Shown here: one piece after another, positions 18,435 to 26,951 of the stretch
Position numbering within the stretch: the first letter of the stretch is position 1
Layout of the letters: every line of letters begins with the position of its first letter
NCBI GenBank assembly: GCA_001001485.1
Contig: LCKO01000003.1
Span: forward strand, 223 to 64,222
Reading direction: 5' to 3'
Origin: Candidatus Collierbacteria bacterium GW2011_GWB2_45_17
GTDB taxonomy: Bacteria > Patescibacteriota > Microgenomatia > UBA1400 > MFAQ01
Length of the DNA stretch: 64,000 nucleotides
Position numbers and translations under genes: made by a program
Notes under the pieces: model-generated
Database searches by the model: none
What the model was told of the DNA's origin: nothing
The model's input: the letters and a program-made list of their open reading frames with translations, nothing else

Positions 18435-19052
18435 ATGAAATACTTAGATTTAAAGGAAAACCTTAGAGATTTTGTCTCTTTCTCGGTTTCTGACATCCTC
18501 AAGATAGATGCGAAATTTTATGCTCAAAGGCTCAGCGAATGGCAGAGAAAGGGCTATATCAAGAAAATAACCAAGGGGTATTACACTTTCTCGGACACCA
18601 AGATAAACGAATCGGTACTTTCTATAATTGCCAACCGACTGTACTCGCCATCATATATCTCTTTAGAGATGGCCCTTTCCTTTTATGGAATCATACCTGA
18701 AAGTGTCTACACCATCACCTCAATCACCTCAAGAAGAACCAGAAATATAAAAACAGAAATTGGACAGTTTTCCTATACTAGTGTCAGGCCAGACTTATTT
18801 TTTGGATACAGACTTGAGCCTCATAAGCAGCACAACTTTATGATAGCCGAACCGGAAAAGGCTATCCTCGATTTTTTCTATAACAATCCTGGAATAGATA
18901 ACCAAAACAGTTTCTACGAACTGAGGATTAACAAAGATTCCTTTTCAGAAAAAGTAGATGTTAAGAAATTAAATGGTTATTTGAAATTATATAAAAACCA
19001 AGCTCTGGAACAAAGGATTAAGAAATTTATTGAATTTATCACCCATGCTTAA
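18435..19052 (+). CDS. Type IV toxin-antitoxin antitoxin, AbiEi-like
   Basis: N-terminal wHTH (KGYIKKITKGYY), PSYISLEMALSFYGIIPE, AEPEKAILD. Confidence 0.88.
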   Translation: MKYLDLKENLRDFVSFSVSDILKIDAKFYAQRLSEWQRKGYIKKITKGYYTFSDTKINESVLSIIANRLYSPSYISLEMALSFYGIIPESVYTITSITSRRTRNIKTEIGQFSYTSVRPDLFFGYRLEPHKQHNFMIAEPEKAILDFFYNNPGIDNQNSFYELRINKDSFSEKVDVKKLNGYLKLYKNQALEQRIKKFIEFITHA

Positions 19053-19824
19053 TTTACAAGAAATAGAAAAGAATTATCCGGATAACATTAGAGGATTTAA
19101 AAAGAATCTTCTTAGAGAATACCTGCAATACAAGATTTTGCAAATTATCTTTAATTCAAAGTATTCCGGTAAGCTCTCCTTTCTTGGGGGAACGGAACTG
19201 AGAATCATCCATAACAACTCTAGATTTTCAGAAGATCTTGATTTTGATAACTTTGGTTTGGAAAAAAATGAGTTTGATAAAATTTCAGAGATAGTCAAGA
19301 AACAATTGAGCTTAGAGGGCTACACCGTAGAAGTAAAAAACGTCTTCAAGGGTGCCTACCGATGTTATATTAGAATTCCCAAGATATTGTTTGACAGTAA
19401 TTTGTCCGGCTATGAAGAAGAAAAGATTCTGATTCAGCTGGATACGGCCCCTCACGGCTTCCAGTATGAACCTGAAAGGGTCATCCTTAATAAATTTGAT
19501 ATTTTTACGGAGATAAGCGTCACTCCGATAGATATTATTCTTTCTCAAAAGATATACGCCATTTTTAATCGCCAGGTCCAGAAGGGACGGGATTTTTACG
19601 ACACGGTATTTTTGCTATCCAAAACTAAACCGAACTACGCTTATTTAAAAATAAAACTTGGCGTAGACAACAGCGACTCTCTTCGGACAAAATTACTCAA
19701 TTTTTGTGCGGGACTAAACTTTAAACAGTTAGCCGAAGATGTCAGACCATTTTTGTTCAACTCTCAGGACAGCGATAAAGTTAACTTGTTTGAGAAATAT
19801 ATCAAAACTGCTGACTTGGGGTAA
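19045..19824 (+). CDS. Nucleotidyltransferase toxin, AbiEii/AbiGii family
   Basis: FLGGT..RFSEDLDF and K..R..GRDFYD motifs; overlaps the antitoxin stop. Confidence 0.9.
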   Translation: MLNLQEIEKNYPDNIRGFKKNLLREYLQYKILQIIFNSKYSGKLSFLGGTELRIIHNNSRFSEDLDFDNFGLEKNEFDKISEIVKKQLSLEGYTVEVKNVFKGAYRCYIRIPKILFDSNLSGYEEEKILIQLDTAPHGFQYEPERVILNKFDIFTEISVTPIDIILSQKIYAIFNRQVQKGRDFYDTVFLLSKTKPNYAYLKIKLGVDNSDSLRTKLLNFCAGLNFKQLAEDVRPFLFNSQDSDKVNLFEKYIKTADLG

Positions 19825-19836
19825 AATCTATTCACT

Positions 19837-20865
19837 ATGGCCAAACAAAAAACCGCTGTCATTGTCGGAGTTACTTCTCAAGACGGATCGTATCTCGCTG
19901 AGTTACTGCTTTCGAAAGGCTATAAAGTGGTTGGTACTATACGCAGAACCACCTCGATGGTACATGAAAATATAGAACACCTTAAGGGAAAAATTATTCT
20001 GGAGACTGCCGATCTAATTGATCCAGAATCTTTAAATAAAGTGATGATTGCTCATCAGCCGGATGAAGTTTACAACATCGCCTCTCAATCCGTTCCCGGC
20101 GATGCTTGGACACATCCTTTCTACACCGGTGAAGTCACCGCCCTCGGACCCGTTCGCGTTTTTGAGGCAGTGCGCCACTTTTGCCCTAAAGCTCGAGTCT
20201 ATCAAGCCAGCTCTCGTGAAATCTTTGGTGGTGTCACTGGAGTAGACCGCGCCGATGAATCGACTCCCATTTTTGCCAACAATCCTTACGGTATCGCCAA
20301 GGCCTATGCTCACATGATGGTAGACTGTTACCGCCAGTCTTACGGTATGTTCGTCTGTGCCGGTATTCTTTTTAATCACGAATCTCCCCGCCGCTCTCTT
20401 CACTTTGTCACTCGCAAAATCAGTATGGGTGTCGCTTGTCTCAAACTCGGAATTAAAAATCCCCCGGTCAATGAGCTGGGTGAGCCACTTATCGACTCGG
20501 CCGGCAAACTTCACCTAGGGGACCTCAACGCGATGCGGGACTGGGGCTACTCCAAAGATTATGTCGAAGCCATGTGGCTCATGCTTCAGCAGGATGAACC
20601 CAAGGACTACATCATCGGTACGGACACCAACTACTCTATTAAAGACGCCTGCAAAGCCGCCTTCGACCATGTGGGTCTCAATTGGGAAGAGCACGTCATC
20701 AGTAATACCAAACTTCTCCGTCCTACTGAAATTACCGATATGAGAGGGGACTACTCCGCCGCCAAAAGAGATCTTGGCTGGGAGCCCAAAGTCTTTATGA
20801 AAGAACTTATGGAGATCATGGTCGACTCGGATGTCGAGTGGTTAAAAGTACATAATATTAAGTAA
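19837..20865 (+). CDS. gmd: GDP-mannose 4,6-dehydratase
   Basis: QDGSYLAELLL, QPDEVYN, YQASS, PYGIAK, GILFNHESPRR..FVTRKI, RDWG. Confidence 0.93.
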   Translation: MAKQKTAVIVGVTSQDGSYLAELLLSKGYKVVGTIRRTTSMVHENIEHLKGKIILETADLIDPESLNKVMIAHQPDEVYNIASQSVPGDAWTHPFYTGEVTALGPVRVFEAVRHFCPKARVYQASSREIFGGVTGVDRADESTPIFANNPYGIAKAYAHMMVDCYRQSYGMFVCAGILFNHESPRRSLHFVTRKISMGVACLKLGIKNPPVNELGEPLIDSAGKLHLGDLNAMRDWGYSKDYVEAMWLMLQQDEPKDYIIGTDTNYSIKDACKAAFDHVGLNWEEHVISNTKLLRPTEITDMRGDYSAAKRDLGWEPKVFMKELMEIMVDSDVEWLKVHNIK

Positions 20866-20867
20866 AT

Positions 20868-21863
20868 ATGCCCGAAAGAAGCATTTTAATAACCGGAAGT
20901 GGGGGCTTTCTGGGTGGTACTGCTACGGAGACCTTGCGTAAAGCCGGTGAAAACGTTATTGGAACCGATGTAAACGTTGAGAGTGAATTGGCTCAGAAAC
21001 TTAAGCTCAGACGACTGGATATTACCAACAGAGAAGAAACTTTAGCTTTCATTTGGAATAACCTACCCGAGACAATCCTCCATTTTGCTGGAATTTCTGT
21101 CCCTAAAGAGGTCGCCAATAACGAAGCCTTAGGTCAAAAAGTAAATGTTGAGTCTGTCATGAATCTCCTTGATGCCGTAGTCAATGCTAGAAGAAAATAT
21201 CCTTCGTACAATCCTGTGATTTTGGTTGCTGGCACCGTAGAACAGTTCGGAGATCCAGCAGTAGAGGGAGAGGTTTTAACCGAAGAGTCAGCTAGAAACC
21301 CAATTAACCACTATGGCAGACAGAAACAATTGATGGCTGAGAAGTTTTTAAATCGATGTCTCAAAGAGGGGATCGGAGGATATGTAATCATCGAAGGTCA
21401 GACTGCGGGGGTAAGTCCCAGTGGAGAAATCAGCCAGAAAAAGGGATTTTTAATTCCCGATCTAGCCTCTCAAGTTGCCGAAATTGAAGCCAGTGGCAGA
21501 GATCAGGGAATCATTGTGACCGGAGAATTAAGCCATCAAAGAAATATAATCGATTTAAACGACGCCATTAAAGCCTGGATTGAAGTCGCTAAAAAAACCC
21601 CCAAACCCGGCGAATATATTGTCTGCGCAGAGAAAAGCAGACCTCTAATTGATGTGTTAAAAATTCTTATCGAAAATTCTAGTGTCGTTAGTATTGTCCA
21701 CGAAATTGATAAGAGTCGTGGGTCTGGAGGAACAGATAGATTTTACAGTCCTGGAAAAATAATGGTTGCTACCAAGGACTGGCGTCCCGAAGTCGAACTA
21801 GAGAAAACCATCAAAGACGTTCTTGAATTTCAACGCCGTCATTTGGTTAAAGGAAACAAATAA
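20868..21863 (+). CDS. Extended SDR, probable GDP-4-keto-6-deoxy-mannose reductase (Rmd-like)
   Basis: ITGSGGFLG, HFAGIS, YGRQK (YxxxK), ASQVAEIE; adjacent to gmd. Confidence 0.65.
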   Translation: MPERSILITGSGGFLGGTATETLRKAGENVIGTDVNVESELAQKLKLRRLDITNREETLAFIWNNLPETILHFAGISVPKEVANNEALGQKVNVESVMNLLDAVVNARRKYPSYNPVILVAGTVEQFGDPAVEGEVLTEESARNPINHYGRQKQLMAEKFLNRCLKEGIGGYVIIEGQTAGVSPSGEISQKKGFLIPDLASQVAEIEASGRDQGIIVTGELSHQRNIIDLNDAIKAWIEVAKKTPKPGEYIVCAEKSRPLIDVLKILIENSSVVSIVHEIDKSRGSGGTDRFYSPGKIMVATKDWRPEVELEKTIKDVLEFQRRHLVKGNK

Positions 21864-21888
21864 CCGCACTTAAGGGTAAGATAAATAA

Positions 21889-23151
21889 GTGAAAAGAATT
21901 ATCGGCATACTAAAAACTCAGACGATTAAGGATTCGTTTGTAATCTCTTTAGGTCTCGGGGTTTCCGCCGTCATCGGCTTTATCTTCACCATATTGCTTG
22001 CCCGTAGTCTCGGACCGATCAATTTTGGTGTCTACTCTGCTCTCACCGCTCTCGCCGCCATTATCTACAGTCTGGGGGACATGGGGATATCCAACTCCCT
22101 GATAAACTTTTTACCCAAAAAGATTTCCGAGAGATATCAATATCTTTCCACCAGTTTCTGGATGGAGTTTGTCGTAGGTGTCTTTATCCTTCTGTTATTT
22201 GGCATTTTTTCGTTTTTTCATCAAACCATAGTTCCGGGGTCACTGAGTACGGATCTTCTGTTGGCCGGAATAATCTCCTTTAACTACCTTCTGATCATCT
22301 ACACCCAAGGTGTTTTTACTGCCGGCCGAAAGTTCTGGTCATACACGGCCAGTCAGATACTGGACTCCGGTGTCAAGATCGTGATCGTGTTTTTTATTTT
22401 TAAAATGGGAAATCTCTCCATAGGTACCGCCCTTATCGCCAATATAATCTCCACCTTCATCGCTTTACTAATTACCTTTGGGAAAGAGCTTTACTCGATC
22501 GAGTTCGACTTCTTCAAAAAACCTTTTTGGAATATCTTCCATTTTGCCAAGTGGATTGCGGTCTCACGTCTTTTTACGGTAATGATCTCCCGTATCGACA
22601 TAATTCTATTAAATCTTCTTGCCGGAAGTTATGCGGCTGGTATTTTTTCCGCAGCTAGTCGGGTTACTCTCCTCTTTGCTATGGCTGCTGCCGGTCTCGG
22701 AACGGTTATCAATCCACGGTTTTCTTCCTTCGATTCAAATTCAAAAATTCTCACCTATGGCAAAAAATTGCTACTGCTGGTCACGGGAGTAGCTGTTTCT
22801 ATGATACTAGTATCCTTTTTTGCCGCTCCCATTATTACTTTGGTTTATGGTCAAAATTATCTCGAATCAATCACCGTCTTTAGATATTTAATTCTGGCCA
22901 TGATCCCATTTTTATTCACGATCATTAGTAACTCCACCTTGGTATATGCTTTCAATCAGCTAACCTTCTATACCAAGATGATGGCCATCCAAACCACGAT
23001 CATCGTAGTGGTTGATCTACTACTCATCCCCTGGTTGGGATACAACGCCCCGGCAATTGCCCTCTTCACTTCTAATATATTTGTTCTCTTCGCCTCATTC
23101 CTTAAGGTGAGATCTCTAGTCTATGAAAAAAGAAAAGTGGACAGAGAATAG
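21889..23151 (+). CDS. wzx: Wzx-type oligosaccharide flippase
   Basis: LARSLGPINFGVYS, DMGI, RIDIILL..AGIFSAA; about 12 TM helices. Confidence 0.88.
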   Translation: MKRIIGILKTQTIKDSFVISLGLGVSAVIGFIFTILLARSLGPINFGVYSALTALAAIIYSLGDMGISNSLINFLPKKISERYQYLSTSFWMEFVVGVFILLLFGIFSFFHQTIVPGSLSTDLLLAGIISFNYLLIIYTQGVFTAGRKFWSYTASQILDSGVKIVIVFFIFKMGNLSIGTALIANIISTFIALLITFGKELYSIEFDFFKKPFWNIFHFAKWIAVSRLFTVMISRIDIILLNLLAGSYAAGIFSAASRVTLLFAMAAAGLGTVINPRFSSFDSNSKILTYGKKLLLLVTGVAVSMILVSFFAAPIITLVYGQNYLESITVFRYLILAMIPFLFTIISNSTLVYAFNQLTFYTKMMAIQTTIIVVVDLLLIPWLGYNAPAIALFTSNIFVLFASFLKVRSLVYEKRKVDRE

Positions 23152-23893
23152 TCACCGCATACTGGAGCAAGCCGATGGACTAACCAAATACAATCGCTGG
23201 CTCATCTCACACTTTTCTCTCTATTTTGGACGAGTCATTCTAGAAATCGGCAGTGGCCAGGGCACTTTATCCAAGCTACTCCCGACCAACTCAATTATTA
23301 TTTTGTCAGATATTTTTCCAGCCTACCTAACCCGACTCAAAAAAATATTTACCGATCCGGTCATCAATCTGAATATCGAGAAAGAAACCCCGGCCAATCT
23401 GATCGGAAAAATGGATACCATTTTTTCCTCTAACGTCTTCGAACATATAGAAAACGATAAACAAGCTTTCGCCAATTGTTTTAAATTGCTCGAGCCACAA
23501 GGGAGATTGTTGCTTTTTGTTCCAGCCCGCCCGGAAATTTTTGGAAAACTGGATGAACAGATGGGACATTATCGCCGCTATACGAAAAACGAACTACGCA
23601 AAAAGGTCGAAGCGGCTGGATTTGAAGTGGAAAAAATATATTATGCCAATCTGCTCGGATATTTCCTGTGGTGGGGTAGGGGGAAAGTACTTCCACTAGT
23701 TACTAAAGTTTGTCATTCCCGACCTGATCGGGAATCCATACGGTTAATCAATATACCCAAATCAGACAAACTGTTTTCCAGGGTTTTCGAATGGTTAATT
23801 GTTCCTCTTCTTTACCTGGAAAAATATATTCATCCACCCTTTGGCCAAAGCCTCGTCCTCATCGCGAAGAAAAGTAATATACAGGCTCACTAA
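23123..23893 (+). CDS. Class I SAM-dependent methyltransferase carrying an in-frame palindromic insert
   Basis: ILEIGSGQG, NVFEHI, GHYRRY, PPFGQSL; CHSRPDRES is encoded by the repeat. Confidence 0.88.
   Translation: MKKEKWTENSHRILEQADGLTKYNRWLISHFSLYFGRVILEIGSGQGTLSKLLPTNSIIILSDIFPAYLTRLKKIFTDPVINLNIEKETPANLIGKMDTIFSSNVFEHIENDKQAFANCFKLLEPQGRLLLFVPARPEIFGKLDEQMGHYRRYTKNELRKKVEAAGFEVEKIYYANLLGYFLWWGRGKVLPLVTKVCHSRPDRESIRLINIPKSDKLFSRVFEWLIVPLLYLEKYIHPPFGQSLVLIAKKSNIQAH
23712..23737 (+). repeat. GTCAT-type element GTCATTCCCGACCTGATCGGGAATCC (dRS3-like)
   Basis: ATTCCCGA-N5-TCGGGAAT inverted repeat inside a CDS. Confidence 0.8.
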
Positions 23894-23921
23894 ACGCCAC
23901 CGATTTGGGAATTGTCGTTAG

Positions 23922-23964
23922 TACTGGTACTCTTTGAGACACCAACCTTGAAGATAAACCAGTA
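23922..23964. repeat. Imperfect hairpin between convergent genes; possible decayed family A copy or bidirectional terminator
   Basis: TACTGGT..ACCAGTA outer arms; inner TCTTTGAG..CCTTGAAGA, whose right arm matches family A. Confidence 0.45.
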
Positions 23965-23965
23965 T

Positions 23966-25021
23966 CTATTGGAAGTAGTTCCTGTAAGCAAAAATCACCT
24001 GTTCTAGAAAAATTTTCTTAACGTGGAAAAGACTTCCTTGTTCATAGAATAGGATTAGTGCTTTTTTATATTCGTCTATATCGACACTTCTATAAGAGAG
24101 CGGGTAATTATCTCCTGCAACTAAAATTGCATTGACAAGCATTCTACTGGTTCTTTTATTACCGTCTGAATACGGCTGTATGTACGGGAACATAACAGAG
24201 GCAATAAATGCCTTCTCAAGTGAAATTTTATCGTCATTAATTATGTTTAGAGTTTCACGAACCACATCCTCAATCTGAAATTTATTATCAAGTGGTTTAT
24301 AAACTGTGCCAGTAATTCCCACTGCTTCATTTCTAATACCGGTATTTATGTTTAAACCTTGAACAATAATATTGTGTAACTGATTTACTTTTGAAACTGA
24401 CAACTGACTGAAATCATCCCTATTTTTCAATATCGTATCAAAAGCTTTTTTATGGTTTAAAATCATTATTACTTCATCTTTTGAATGTCCCTCAGCCAAG
24501 ACACCCCTCTTAATCAGCTCTTCAGTTTCCAGCAAAGAATAAGTATTGCCTTCAATTTTTGATGATTTCCACGAAAGTTCAATGACAAACCTTTCAAGTT
24601 CATTTTTGTAAATATCAAAACTTAATTCTGATACTTTATTTGAAAAGCTTTTACTAATATCTCGAATTTCCTTTAGCTCAACTTCCGAGAAGAGGTTTTT
24701 CAGATGTTTCAAAACATCAAAATCAAATGATTTCTTAGCTCTAACCCTCTGATCAGGATCTAATTTAAAATATGTTTCCAAGTCGAAATATCTCAGAAAT
24801 GGGTTATTTTCTGTCGAGAAATACCTTGTACTGGAGGCCCTTCCTTCAACTTGTATCAATTTTTTATCTAACAGAACATTTAAATCACGAATTAGCGTAG
24901 GCCTTGAAACAGGCTCTACTTTTTCCAGAAGCATTTGAATATCTTCACGGGAGATGCCGTTGGATTGACTAATGATGTTTAAGGCCGATTTTTGCCTATT
25001 CGTTAGTATCGTCTCATTCAT
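23966..25021 (-). CDS. Fic family protein with N-terminal HTH
   Basis: SWKSSKIEGNT, MILNHKKAF, YIQPYSDGNKRTSR Fic motif; N-terminal SRPTLIRDL HTH; start ATG 25021. Confidence 0.9.
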   Translation of the reverse strand: MNETILTNRQKSALNIISQSNGISREDIQMLLEKVEPVSRPTLIRDLNVLLDKKLIQVEGRASSTRYFSTENNPFLRYFDLETYFKLDPDQRVRAKKSFDFDVLKHLKNLFSEVELKEIRDISKSFSNKVSELSFDIYKNELERFVIELSWKSSKIEGNTYSLLETEELIKRGVLAEGHSKDEVIMILNHKKAFDTILKNRDDFSQLSVSKVNQLHNIIVQGLNINTGIRNEAVGITGTVYKPLDNKFQIEDVVRETLNIINDDKISLEKAFIASVMFPYIQPYSDGNKRTSRMLVNAILVAGDNYPLSYRSVDIDEYKKALILFYEQGSLFHVKKIFLEQVIFAYRNYFQ

Positions 25022-25058
25022 ATACCAATATCGTCTCATTTTGAGACGATCCTGTCAA
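25007..25058 (-). promoter_or_regulatory. Operator repeats and promoter of the Fic gene
   Basis: ATCGTCTCA-TTT-TGAGACGAT inverted repeat (25030-25050), an extra half-site TATCGTCTCATT (25007-25018), and TTGACA on the minus strand at 25053-25058. Confidence 0.65.
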
Positions 25059-25060
25059 GG

Positions 25061-25798
25061 TCAAAGTGTGCGAATAGACAAAAGGTTGTACTTAAAAATA
25101 CACCAGAGGGCCCAGAGACCATCTTTCCAGTCGATTTTTTTGCCCTGCTCGTAGCTGCGGCCGTGATAACTGATACCGACTTCGTAGACCCGCGCTCCCA
25201 TCCTCGCCACCTTAGCTGTAAACTCCGGCTCTAGTCCAAAACGATTTTCTTTTAAGTCAAGTTTACGTGCCACCTTGGAAGTAAACATCTTGTAGCCGGT
25301 TTCCATGTCGGTCAGATTGAGATTGGTACAAGTATTGGATATTAGTGTCAGAGTGTTATTTGCTACCATATGCCAGAAGAAGAGTACGCGGTGCGGTTTG
25401 TTTCCCATAAATCTGGAGCCGTAAACTACATCTGCGTCACCATCGGCAATAGGTTTAAGTAAGATGGGGAGTTCTCTGGGGTCATACTCAAGGTCGGCAT
25501 CCTGAATGACCACCACGTCTCCGGTCACTTCCCTCAGACCCCTCCTGATCACCGCTCCCTTCCCCCGATTCTTCCTTATCGTAATAATCTTTATAGAGTC
25601 TCCTTTGGTCTTGATTCCTAGATTTCTTGAGTTCTTGAGTTCTTTACCGGTGTCGTCGGTTGATCCGTCATTTACCACAATTAATTCTTTGCTGACTTTT
25701 CCCAGGTTGACCGCCAGCACTTTCCGGATAGCCTTGGCCACAAATTTTTCCTCGTTGTAGACAGGCATGATGATCGACAGTTTCTTTATCATGCTCAT
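25061..25798 (-). CDS. GT2, polyprenol-phosphate glycosyltransferase (DPM1-like)
   Basis: [44 protein letters not shown]. Confidence 0.9.
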   Translation of the reverse strand: MSMIKKLSIIMPVYNEEKFVAKAIRKVLAVNLGKVSKELIVVNDGSTDDTGKELKNSRNLGIKTKGDSIKIITIRKNRGKGAVIRRGLREVTGDVVVIQDADLEYDPRELPILLKPIADGDADVVYGSRFMGNKPHRVLFFWHMVANNTLTLISNTCTNLNLTDMETGYKMFTSKVARKLDLKENRFGLEPEFTAKVARMGARVYEVGISYHGRSYEQGKKIDWKDGLWALWCIFKYNLLSIRTL

Positions 25799-25865
25799 AG
25801 TGTAAACTGAAAATGAAATAATTTGATTATGCGATTATCTTAACATTGTGGTTTAATAAATACAG

Positions 25866-26171
25866 ATGTTAACCACTGCAGATAAAAATTGGATCAAAAC
25901 TAACTTTGCCACCAAAGACGATCTTTCAAACTATGCCACGAGGGCAGAACTCTTCAAGGAAATTGGTGAATTTAGGCTAGAAATGAAAGAGTCATTGAAC
26001 GAAATTAAAAATACCCTTGATTATGTTGTTGGTGAGATAAAGGAGAATCGCCAAGAGCGAGACGTAATTAGTCATCGTGTCTATCGGGATCACACCCCAA
26101 GGCTCGAGGATCACGAGAAACGGATTGTCAAAATCGAATCTTATCCTCGGATCATTTCCTCGACCGTATAA
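25866..26171 (+). CDS. Small coiled-coil hypothetical protein
   Basis: FATKDDL/YATRAEL repeat, heptad pattern, LEDHEKRI. Confidence 0.7.
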   Translation: MLTTADKNWIKTNFATKDDLSNYATRAELFKEIGEFRLEMKESLNEIKNTLDYVVGEIKENRQERDVISHRVYRDHTPRLEDHEKRIVKIESYPRIISSTV

Positions 26172-26228
26172 TAGTCTTAATGAAGCATGGCTTCTCCATT
26201 CTGATCATGTCTCTATTTATAATTACTT

Positions 26229-26948
26229 ATGAACTTATCTGTCGTCATTCCCACCCTTAACGAAGAAAAAGATTTACCCGAGTGTCTAGAATCACTAAAG
26301 GGGTTGGCTGATGAAGTAATTGTTGTCGACTCGGGATCTACCGACAAAACGGTCGAAATTGCTACGAGGTTTGGGGTAAAGATAGTTAACCATCCATTTA
26401 CTTCATACTCGGGTACCCGCAACTTTGGAGATAGTCAGGTTAGGGGGGATTGGATTCTTTCGATCGAAGCCGATGTGACCATTTCGCCGGAACTTTCAGA
26501 AGAAATCACTAAGGCAATAAATTTAGAAAAATTTGACGCCTATTTCATTGGCCGGGTCAATATTATCTGGGGAGCCAAAGTATTGCACGCTGATTGGAGT
26601 CCCAAGGATGATTTTCATATCTGGCTTTATCGCCGAGGAATAGGGGAGTGGCAGAGTTTAGTACATGAAGAATTTGTCACCGATAAAAAAGCCGGTATGT
26701 TAATAAATTTTCTGATGCACAAAAACTACGAGACGGTTTCTGAATATATCGACAAAATAAACAAGTATTCTGAACTTGCCATAAGACAAAAAAACTACTT
26801 CCCTGACTGGTGGTTTCTCCGGGATTTTTTCAAAAGATATTTTTATAAACTTGGTTTTTTAGATGGTTATCGCGGTTTATTTTTGAGCTATCTCCAGTCT
26901 GTCTATTACCTGACCTTGTCGGTAAAAAGATATACTAAAACCAGCTAA
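26229..26948 (+). CDS. Glycosyltransferase family 2 (beta-1,4-glucosyltransferase-like)
   Basis: LSVVIPTLNEE, VDSGSTDKT, VHE, GFLDGYRG. Confidence 0.88.
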   Translation: MNLSVVIPTLNEEKDLPECLESLKGLADEVIVVDSGSTDKTVEIATRFGVKIVNHPFTSYSGTRNFGDSQVRGDWILSIEADVTISPELSEEITKAINLEKFDAYFIGRVNIIWGAKVLHADWSPKDDFHIWLYRRGIGEWQSLVHEEFVTDKKAGMLINFLMHKNYETVSEYIDKINKYSELAIRQKNYFPDWWFLRDFFKRYFYKLGFLDGYRGLFLSYLQSVYYLTLSVKRYTKTS

Positions 26949-26951
26949 GAT

